Shown in pieces: positions 37,101 to 47,009 of a stretch of 64,000 bases of DNA; within the stretch, counting starts at the first letter, position 1, and each line of letters begins with the position of its first letter. The stretch comes from Azolla caroliniana. Its lineage: Eukaryota > Plantae > Polypodiophyta. The notes beneath the pieces are model-generated. The model worked only from the letters and a program-made list of their open reading frames with translations, did no database searches and had not been told where the DNA came from. The stretch spans positions 2,108,001 to 2,172,000 of the forward strand of contig JBHGNT010000010.1 of assembly GCA_043228905.1 (NCBI GenBank), given 5' to 3'. Position numbers and translations under genes: made by a program.

Positions 37101-39222
37101 GTCGCCTTGGAGGGGTTTTGCAGACTATCTCGAATCTCGTTGGCAAACGCATCGGTCTTGGATGCATCAGTGATTTGTTGGAGTAAAGAATCATCTTGCA
37201 ACATACACGTGGCAAAAAGATGCAATTGGTCGGGTTTCAACAAACGTCTAGATTGTTGAGCATAAGCAGCATCCCCAGGGCGGAGTGCAAGGTCCGCACG
37301 GAGAGAAAGGGCATCAACCTTCCCATGTTGGCCACCAGGTCGAAATACGATCTCAAAATCGTAGTCGGCGAGAAATGTCGACCAACGGGCCTGCCTTCGA
37401 TTCAAAGTACGAGTGGTGGAAAAATAAACTAAATTTTTATGATCAGTCACTACCTGGACACGATGTTGTGCGCCGGCCAAGTAGGGTCGCCATTCTTCAA
37501 AGGCAACAATGATAGCAGCAAGCTCCTTGTCGTAAATGGGATAATTGATTTCGGATGCCGTAAATTTTTGGGAATAGTAAGCCACTGGGTGCATTAGGTT
37601 GTTGTCGTCTGCCTGGGATAAGATGGCGCCAATGGCAAAGTCAGAGGCATCGGTTTTGACTTGGAAGGGTTTTGTGGGGTCGGCATGTAGCAGCACCGGG
37701 GCAGTGATGAATGCGTGTTTGAGTGAGTCGAACGCATTTTGCACCTCCGAGGTCCATAAAAATGGAATGCCTTTATGGGTGAGAGCGATAAGAGGTTGTG
37801 CTAGGGTGGAAAACCCCTTGATGAAGCGACGGTAAAAATTCGTGAAGCCGAGGAAGGATTGCACATCTTTAAGTCGCCTTGGAGTTGCCCACGCCTGAAT
37901 GACAGAGACCTTCATATCCATGGTGATGCCAGTGGGCGAGATGATGTAGCCCAGAAATTCGATCGAGGTACGGTCGAACTCGCATTTCTCGCCTTTGGCA
38001 TAAAGGCCATGCTTGCGAAGTTTGGCAAGAACTAATCAGACTTGGCGAGTGTGCTCCTCCATGTTTGGCGAGAAAATGAGAATATCATCGAGGTAAATGA
38101 CAACAAAAAGATCAAGATATTCCCAGAATATATCATTCATCATATGTTGAAAAACTGCGGGAGCGTTAGTAAGACCAAAAGGCATTACCTTGTATTCGAA
38201 ATGCCCATACCGTGTTCGAAATGCGGTTTTCCATTCATTCCCCGACTTGATGCGTACTAGATTGTACGCTCCACGCAGATCAACTTTGGAGAAGACATGC
38301 GCAACTCGAAGCCGATCAAGGAGTTCGGGGATCAGAGGTAGCGGATAGCGGTTGCGCACAGTGAGTTTGTTGAGACCTCGGCAGTCGACGCATAAGCGTA
38401 GAGAGCCGTCCTTCTTCTTCACAAATAAAATGGGGGCCCCGGCTGGTGACTTAGAAGGTTGAATAAATCCTTTCTTGAGGTTCTCATCAAGATACACACG
38501 AAGGGCCTTCAACTCTGGTGTAGACAACGCATATAGAGGACCAAAGGGTGGACACGCACCTTCTTGAAGATCAATCAGACAGTCGTAGAGCCGGTGTTCA
38601 GGCAAACGATTAGCATTACATTTTTCAAATACGTCGGAGAAGTGTTGGTATTTTTCGGGAATAACATGGAGTGTGTTAGAAATGGCGCCACAAACAAACC
38701 CATCCTGGACCAATGATGGGGTAGTCAATTCGGAGTCGACCGTCTCCGAAGGATAGGAAACTAAATTTACCTTCATACTTTTGCACGGGCATCTTGGTTT
38801 GCTAAATGTGATCGAGTGGTTGCACCAATCCACTATTGGATTGTGCGCCTCCAACCACGTTAGTCTTAAGATGATCGGATGTCGAGGAGATGCGATGAGG
38901 AAAAAGGCGAGCTCCTCCTTGTGTGAGCCCACCTGAAGCCCTAATGGGATTGTAGCTTGAGTAATTGCACCTGACGAGAGGACGCACCCGTCGATGGCTT
39001 CAATTGGAATGGGTTGTGAGAGGCCAACGACATGTACGCCATGTGCTTGGGCAAACGCAACGTCGATGAAGCAAGCAGATGCCCCAGAATCAAGTAAAGC
39101 AACAGACTGAATGGAACTAGAGTTAAACGAAAGCCATACCTCCAATGTGAAATTTCTTGATGGTCCGGCAATGGAACCAAGAGAATGTGGGCGACGGGAG
39201 ATGTCCAGTTGCATGGCTCCTA

Positions 39223-40236
39223 CTACAACTGAACGACGTCGTTTTCCGGATGTTGGGGTCCGTTAGCTCGATGGAATTGTGGGCGAGTACTCCTAGGACA
39301 ATGGCGAACGACATGACCGGAGGCGCCACAATACATGCACAAGCCATTAACCCGCCGAAATTGCCGTTCAGCATCAGTCAATGGCCGAAATCAGGCTTGA
39401 TCAATTTCCATGGGGACAGGAGCATCTGCCAAAGTAGGCGAGTGTGAGGATGCCTGGGGTTGTATGACCGGGGCATGGTGTGGAAGTGAATGAGGTGGAA
39501 CCCAAGTCCGGCGCTCTTCTTGGCGAAATTCGAAAAGACGATTGTCACAATGGACTACTTGTGAAATCGCTTGGGATAACGAGGTGGGCTCCGGAAAGTT
39601 TAAGAGAAGATTCTTGACATTGCTTCGAAGGCCACGCCAAAAGTGATAAGCTAAAGCTTGATCATCCCAATTGATGTCGCATGCTAGTTGTCGAAATTCT
39701 GAAGCATAGACCGAAGCTGCACGCGAACCTTGTTCGAGTGCATAAATCTTGTTAAGAGATGTACGTCGTCGGTCCATCTCTCCAAATGTGGCCTCTAGCT
39801 CGGCGAGGAAGGCGGGAAAGTCCTCCAATAGAGGTGACAAGGTTTCTACCAATGGTGCAAACCAAGCTTGGGCCGGACCGGAGAGAGGGGTGCCCACAAG
39901 GCCGACTTGTCGAACACCATCTCCATAACGTTGAGGTTGTAGCCGAATGATAAGTCGAACTTGGTTGATGAACCCTCGGAAACGCGACCTCGTTCCATCA
40001 AATTTTTCTAGGAGGCTAACCTTAGGCTCAAGAAACTGTGACGAAGCTAGGCTAGATGTTGGCAGAAGATCGGGCTCTAGGCTAGGTTGTTGTGGGAGAC
40101 TAGGGTTCGGGGGTTGTGAGGATAGGGAGGTACCGACTTGAAGTTCTTGTAAAGAATTTCGAAGAGCTTCATTTTCAAGCTGTAGTTGTCGTAAGGCTAC
40201 CATTATTTGGCCTAACTCACTAGTTGAGTCGGACAT
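39223..40236 (-). pseudogene. gag: gag of element C (one premature TGA)
   Basis: Retrotransposon gag with PMEID. After the TGA at 39391-39393 the same frame continues into CMYCGASGHVVRHC (CCHC knuckle) and stops at TAG 39223-39225. Confidence 0.9.
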
Positions 40237-43084
40237 AGCTATGGCTTATGAGAGGGAGAGCTATGAGGATGGGAAGGTGAACAAACTGTCATGGATCATA
40301 AGCTCAAGAGACAGGCAAGAAGATAACCAAATGGACAAGAAAGAAGATAGTATTAAAGGAAAGACTCCATAACTAGTGTTGTTCACCTTGAATTCCTTCA
40401 AGGTGAACTCCTCTATTTATACTACATGGCATGCATACTTGTTGCACGCATGTGAATCTACAATAGAGCATGTAGGTATGCATGCATGTGCCAAGTGTAA
40501 ATACTACAAGGGGTCAACTATGCACATGATGCTAGCAAAATAATAAGGACCAATTACATACATAACTATGTACTAGATATCTTGGTTAACTCATAATACT
40601 AGATTATAACATGGGCGTGTCAAGAGTTCGAATCTTGACATTATCCCCCCTCCTACGCCACCTTCCCAAATCGGCCGCTGGTTTGTGGGGATATCGGTGA
40701 TGAAAATCTTGGACGACCTTTGGGAAGATGAACACACGAGCACCACCAAAATGCCAATCCCTACGAACCACGACCACCCGAACGGCGAGCACATGGGCTC
40801 GCAATGACGAACGGGGCGGAGCAACGTCGAACCAACGAAGTTTGGGCTCACGAGCACTTCGAGTGCCGACATGAAGAAGACGAGCACGTGGCGATGGGGG
40901 GATGAAGGGGTATGAGATGAAGAGAAGTGGTGAATAAGAAGATGAAGAGCTCCGAAGGAAAATTGGCGATAGTCTCCTCCTCCCAAAACGTCCTCCCGAA
41001 TGAGCCCCCCTCGACCTCCTTTTATAGATAAAAAAGGAAGGGGGGTCGCCAATTTTGTCTTCAATGAAAAAGGAATAAAATTCCTTAAATCACGCTGCAC
41101 TGTAAAACTTGATTTGAACCGTGCACCACTAGCTAGAAGTCAATGTGACTATCCACTAGCCCATTAATTCTCTCTTATATAATATATAATTCTATCTCTA
41201 TAAATTCATAGCCTGTCTCCCCTCTACCTTTTATCTCTCCTCTCTCTTACTTTTTACACGAGCTTCTATACCTCCTTTCCACCCTTTCTTTTCCTTTTTA
41301 TTTTGCATATGCACAATTAATCACCTTTGTCTGCACACACATTGCACATGCACATTTTAACCCCCCTTTCGCCGGTTTTTCCCACTCTCGAGCACGCCAC
41401 ATCACGACACCGACTGACCACCCCTACGACATAGGCTAGGTCGGGTCGGGTCGCCACCATTGCGTACATGATACTTCGTACTACCGATGCGTAGGGTATC
41501 TTTCCATTAAGTTCTCTCTCCTTGTTCGTCGAAGGAGAGTCTCTGTCCGATAGTCCAATCAACGTCGGAAGCGGTGTCGATGCTAGCTTCGCATTCTCCA
41601 TGTTGAAGCGCTTCAGCACCTTGTGGATGTATTCGGACTGGGAGAGTCGGAGAGTTTTAGTCATCCGATTTCGCTCTATCCTCATGCCCAGTATGTGTCG
41701 GGCTTGTCCGAGTTCCTTCATCGCGAACTTTGCGTGAAGGCTCCGCTTCAGCTTATCGATCTCTGCTTGATTGCTTCCTGCAATCAACATGTCGTCGACG
41801 TATAGGATCAGATAGATCCTTGACTCGTCGACCAGTTGCCGAACATACATGCATGGGTCGGAGTCTGTTTTCTTGTATCCAAACTATCGTATGTAGGAGT
41901 CAAACTTATGGTACCACATTCTCGGCGCTTGTTTTCGGCCATATAGACTTTTCTTTAGTTGACATACGAGGTGACTTTCCTCCCCCGTCGTCGTGAAGCT
42001 TACCGGTTGAGACATGTATATGTCTTCTGCCAGATCTCCATGTAGGAATGTCGTCTTTATTTCCATCTACTCGAGCTCTAGATCTTTTGTCACCACGACT
42101 CCTAGTAGGAGTCCGAGGGTGGTCATCTTGACTACTGGTGAGAATATCTCATCGTAGTCGACCCCGTATTCCTATTTGAATACTTTCACGACAAGCCGAG
42201 CTTTGTACTTGGGTTTCTCTGAGTCGGATACATACTTGTATCAGAAAACCCATTTGCAAGGTAGCGGCTTCCTTCTAACTGGTAGTTCAACTAGCTCCCA
42301 TGTCTGATTCTGATGAATCGAGTCCATTTTGGATTTCATGGCTTGTAGCCATGTTTCGGCATTCGGTGCGGCCATAGCTTCTTCATAGGTGCTTGGTTTA
42401 CCTGCATTCGTGTAGTTGACATAGTCGAGACCCGGTTGGTAGAACTCTATTTGCCTTTGAGCTCGTCCAGATCTCCTGTGTGCCGAGATGTTTGGTTCAG
42501 ATCCTTCGATCATCTCTGTTGGTCGATCGGTATTAGTTGAACCATCTGTATCAGGAGTCTTGTTAGGTGTCCCACCCCTAGATTGGGATTTCGACGGTGT
42601 TTGGTTGTCCTCCCTTATGGTTGTCGTCGACTATTTTCTGATTTGTCTCTTGGTGACTTTGCCTTTATCAATCCTGGTCGATTCAGCTGTGTCTTTGATG
42701 ACTTTGTCTTTGAGTTCTCTGATAGGACTTGTTGCCGATTCGGTGTCGGCAGGGAAGTTGGTAGTTTGTTGGAGTTCGACTTTTTGTCGAGTCTCTGATT
42801 CAGCCCGGTGGGTCAGTCCTTCTATGACAATGTTGTCATCTTCGAAGGATACCTTCTTACCAACTGTTTTCTGTTGGTTCCGTTGAGAGAAGATAGAGTC
42901 TTCATTGAAGACTACGTTGCTACTCCAGATCAATTTATGGTTCTCAGGGTCCCATAGCCGGTAGCCAATGTCCCCATCGGTTCCATAACCGAGAAATATG
43001 CACTTTGTTGCATGGGGTGCCAACTTCGTCCTTTTATCCCTAGGGATGAATGCGTAGGCTTCGCCTCTGAATATACGCAAACTG

Positions 43085-43267
43085 GTATCCTCTTCTTATA
43101 GTGATAGTTGGAGTCAATGGGCTCCTGTGGTTTTTCCCTATTAGGGTTTTCCACACAAACATCTAGTGTCATCTCTTACTTTGTAAGTACATTAATCTCA
43201 TTTCTATTTCCTGCTTTCTTCCATTGAGTGTTTAAGACTCAGTTGAGGCCAAGCACTATTCCACACA
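43085..43267 (+). mobile_element. 3' (U5) fragment of an LTR related to Copia D
   Basis: TATAGTGATAGTTGGAGT..GTGGTTTTTCCC..TTAGGGTTTTCCAC..GGCCAAGC..ACA aligns with 26209-26375. Confidence 0.8.
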
Positions 43268-43500
43268 AACCCTCGTGGTCCTGCATATATATTTTCAACA
43301 CAATTTGGTGACACAATTGTGTTCAACCATTGTTTAATCCAATTAGTGTATGGGAATTTCCTAGTAAAAAATAATATAACCACTTAATCATAGAATACAT
43401 CAAAATATTGCAACACTACCTTAGCATCAACTTCCACATAATGCACATCCTCATCAATGCATTCTTTCACTACATTTTCATTTTCTTTCACAATATCAAA
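43268..43500 (-). pseudogene. Probable LINE ORF1 (DUF4283-like) remnant
   Basis: Reads VHYVEVDAKVVLQYF..*VVILFFTRKFPYTNWIKQWL..VENIYAGPRGF and is cut by the LTR end. The family assignment rests on motif resemblance only. Confidence 0.45.
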
Positions 43501-43794
43501 CAATAAGGTATTGGCAATTCCCCATAAATCATCTCAATTATAGTGATCCTTGTCAACCTCATCTACATGTATTGCTTCAACATATCTCGTTTTTTTCTCA
43601 TTAATTTCCTCAATGATGTTAAACCTCCTAGAGCTTCCAATGTCTTCCCTTTGACAATTACATTCAACAATCACATTACTTTTTTTTGGTCCAATTGTTT
43701 CCATATCGATGTCCCCCACAATTTGAGAGGAATTCATGTATTATATCCATTATTCTTAATGCAATAGAGATCTGAGATAAAAACAATTTCCCGT

Positions 43795-44845
43795 TGTCGT
43801 GAAGATTCTGGGCCATAGTGAGAAACCGGGGAATATCAGAAGAATCAGCGGGGTGCATCATGTGCACTCACCCTTGTACAAATTGTGTAAATGATAGGGG
43901 TGTCTTTATGGCGCTAGACAATAGTTAATTCGGGACAGAAGATCCCATGTACTAAGGGATTTATCCCACATTGTTACGCATCGCTCTCCTTGTTCTATAA
44001 AAGGAAGGGAGCGCCCTTTGTAAAAGGGTTCCTCATTTTGAGGTTCCATAGGTTCCATTTTTGGTGTTAACAACTTATGTGTATAACGTCTTTTTCTGTC
44101 TTCTCTTCTTCTTGGTGTGTGTGTTGTCTCTATTCTCTGTTAGGGTTTCGATGTCATCTGTGTGCGTGCGTAGGTGGTGTGTTCGGTTGTGGCGGGCAGC
44201 GTGCGGACTGTCTATGCCTTTCCTGAGTTCCTGCTTGTTGGTTCTCAACACTCCATGGTCCGGTACGTCTGTGTGTGTGTGTAAGTGTTGGGTTCTACCG
44301 CTTGTGAAGAGCCCGCGCGCTAGGTGGTTTGTTGGCAGGTTTCCCTCCTTGGCGCGCAAGACCCAACTTGGTTCAGCGGGCCCGTGCACTCCCCTAAAGG
44401 CAGCTTGGTGACAGGAGGTGGTTGTTCTGGAAGAGGCGTGCCCTGCATGAGGGTCTCGTCGTGCGAACGACCCTAGGAGCTCCCCGACTGGCCCTAGGAT
44501 GTAGGCTCCCTCTTCCTCTCCGTGCGGAATTGGCGTCGCAGCGAGTGTCGCATGTGTGTGTGTGTGTCTCCGGATAGTGTAGGGTCCGAGAGCAGGTGCG
44601 TGCGTGGTCGCCGGTGTAGAGGTGCCGGTTGTAACCGGGTGTGTGTGTGTGTGTGTGTGTGCGCGTGCGGGCGCGGTTAATTGGGCCGTGTCCCGTGCCT
44701 GTTTCGGGCCCCTTGTACATATGGGCGGAAGGGGCGGCAAGGATGACGACGCGCTCTCTCACTTCCCGTGCAGCTATCGGTCGCATCTAGAGAGTATCCG
44801 GGATCGAACTGGACGACAACATGGCAAGCTCCGGAGGATTCGGGT
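43795..44845 (+). mobile_element. 1024-bp LTR (43795-44818) with adjacent non-Met PBS; truncated LTR element
   Basis: TGTCGT...ACGACA termini, TATAAAAGG at 43996, a GC-rich body with (TG)n, and TGGCAAGCTCCGGAGGATTCG beginning 3 nt after the LTR. Confidence 0.7.
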
Positions 44846-45371
44846 TCCCGACAACTCCTCCCCTCCTGGTCCATGACCCCGGTGGTCCCGCCCAGATCCA
44901 ACATGCAAGAGCGGATTACCGCAACACCGTGAACAAGAGAGACAACCGAAACTCACCCGATTGAAGAGGTCGAAGATGATGAAGACAATAGAAGATCCGC
45001 AATGTGTGTTGAGTATGTGGATATGAGACGTACAGGTATTTCTATCATTGCTTCTCGTACAGACCACCAAATTTAACTTGCCATATTTCATTACGAAGTT
45101 GTAATCGAGAGCTTTTTCTAGCACAAGTCTTTATGTTCAATTCCGTTATCGGTAGAGAGCATAGAAATAAAAACAATTTCGCTTCTTCCCCTCTTGCTTT
45201 TTTTCCTCTCTGTCTCTCTTGTGCAAGCACAACAATATTATTTCATTGCATGCATAGAACGTAATATTCGTGTTCATGCAAGCATTCAAACGTTTGGAAA
45301 TGAACACGTTTGAAAAGGGAAAAATATGTACTCCTTTTTTTCCATTTTTTTCATTTAGTGTCATTACAAAT

Positions 45372-46010
45372 TCAGCTCACCCTAGTGCTAAGGAGTCATG
45401 CTATTGTTGTTTTTTGCTTACTCATTATTTAGAGGTTGCTAGACCTATGTCTTGGGTTCGATTCCCAATTTTTTCATCTCTCTCTCTCTCTTGTTAGTAC
45501 CATGTCATAGCAAAATTTTATATTAGTGTTATCATAGTTTTTTTCTTCTTATTATTAGAATTAAGTACAATCTAGTGGTAAGTTGTTGTGCTACTATTAT
45601 TGTGTCTTGGGTTCAATTCCCACCTTTTTTATATCCTCTTGTTAGTGTCATGTTCCTTTTTCTTTGTTTTCTTTCTTTCTTTGTTATTAGAAATTAGCTT
45701 ACCCTAGTGGTAAGTTGTTATGCTACTACTGCCTATGTCATGGCAAAATTTTATGTTAGAGTCATGTTCCTTTTTCCTTTTTTTCTTATTAGAAATTAGG
45801 TCACCCTAGTGGTAAGTTGTTATGCTACTATTGCATATGCCATGTTTTCTTCATATTCTCGAATATACGTTTTATGAGTTTTTGATCGTTTCTTTTTTTT
45901 TCTTCCTTTGTTATTAGAAATTAGTTCACCCTAGTGGTAAGTTGTCTACTGCCTATGTCATGTTTTCTTCATATTCTCAAATATACATTTTATGAGTTTT
46001 TGAATGTTTG
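45372..46010 (+). repeat. Degenerate ~110-190-bp repeat array, 5 copies, with tRNA A/B-box-like motifs
   Basis: Recurrent (T)CACCCTAGTGGTAAGTTGTTATGCTACTA..TATGTC; two copies continue into TTGGGTTCRATTCCC. Confidence 0.7.
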
Positions 46011-46110
46011 ATTATAATTTATAACGACATATTTTGATTCAATCTCTATAGTTCATACTCATTTTTTTATAAAGTTCTAAAGTGAGGATGATACAGATGT
46101 CTTGATTCTT

Positions 46111-46215
46111 AAGAAGCATCCCAAAAGTATGCATGTGATACAATGCAAATATTGCAACCATACTTATGTTGGTGGTTCACAATGGATTAGAATCCATTTA
46201 TTGGGATTGGGGGTG
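46111..46215 (+). pseudogene. BED zinc-finger remnant of a hAT-type transposase
   Basis: KHPKSMHVIQCKYCNHTYVGGSQWIRIHLLG matches the CxxC..GG..RIR.HL.G BED pattern. Confidence 0.55.
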
Positions 46216-47009
46216 AATCAATATATAATATAGACCATAGTCAATCCAATCCAACTTTGAGATGATTTACCATACACGTTTGATTTAATTATTCGCGAAT
46301 GCGAATGCACACGTATGATACGTATGGTTCATTCTATGATTGAGTGTATGCTCTGTTTCGTTCGCCTTGCGCGAAGACGATATTCATGGATGGATCGATC
46401 GAACGACCGAACCTTCGTCTGCTTCTTCAGCTTTCATGGCTCCTCCTCCAATTTCGTCGATCTTCATCCTCACCTTCTCCTTCTTCTTCCCGAGCAGTCT
46501 TCCGCAGAACATGTGTGGATGCCAATTCGCAGTATAAAAATCGCTTCCCCACGTATGAGGAACAAGGTTTCTTCTTCGAATTCAAGTTTTTGGTCTGCTG
46601 ACAAAGGTGTTTATTTCAGATGAGGATCGGTGAAGGACAAAGAATTAGGTTTCATCATCAAGGTCTTATCTACTAAACAAAATTTTGGATGTGAGCGAAG
46701 ATCAGGTAAGGAAGAGGGCTAAGCTTTCGGTTGTCATCATCATCATCATTTCTTCTTCTTCTTCTTCTTTTAGAAGTCAGTCTTCTAACAAAGATTTGTG
46801 TGTGCAAGGAAGATCACTTCAGGACATGGGATAAGCTTTCATTATCATCATCATCATCATCATCTTTCTTCTTCAAGATGTCATTCTGCTAGCGAACAAA
46901 AATGTGTCTGTGACGAAGAAAATAATAAGGGCAACGATTATACTGCATTCTTCTTCTTATTCACTAAATATCTGGATGTGATAAAGGAATATATACTTGC
47001 TCGAGTAGG

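Larger units (their letters stand above)
25036..39247 (-). pseudogene. pol: pol of element C (PR-RT-RH-IN-chromodomain), interrupted by Copia D within integrase
   Basis: ORFs 38036-39214, 36506-37921 and 25089-25487. The integrase reading QTERVNQI|LEQYL is split at 36477/25809. Several stops and frameshifts. Confidence 0.9.
24682..40640 (-). mobile_element. Element C: full-length Ty3/Gypsy chromovirus (Tcn1/Tf1-sushi-like)
   Basis: 354-bp LTRs at 40287-40640 (5') and 24682-25035 (3'), TGTCA...TGACA, 3 mismatches by eye. PPT at 25036-25050. Domain order is gag, PR (LLDSGA), RT (YLDDILIF), RH, IN, chromodomain (YEVDQILDSR..YLV..KGY..TWEP). Confidence 0.95.
24518..41409 (-). mobile_element. Element B: solo-LTR-like insertion (pieces 24518-24681 and 40725-41409)
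   Basis: Termini TGTCGCGA...TCACGACA. 4-bp TSD CCGG (24514-24517) / CCGA (41410-41413); removing it restores the Copia A frame. TATAAAAGG lies on the minus strand near 41020. No coding capacity recognised; strand inferred from the TATA only. Confidence 0.75.
23439..43080 (-). mobile_element. Ty1/Copia element A (old, 5'-truncated; split by nested insertions)
   Basis: 3' LTR 23439-23738 (TGTTT...CAACA) with PPT TACGGGGGAG at 23741-23750. RNase H and RT end at 23936-24517; the reading VVSR|YMSNPG resumes at 41410; RT and integrase end continue to ~43080. Confidence 0.9.

Noticed and set aside
44061-44876. 221-aa and neighbouring ORFs
   Set aside because: They fall inside a GC-rich LTR with (TG)n tracts, where stop codons are rare.
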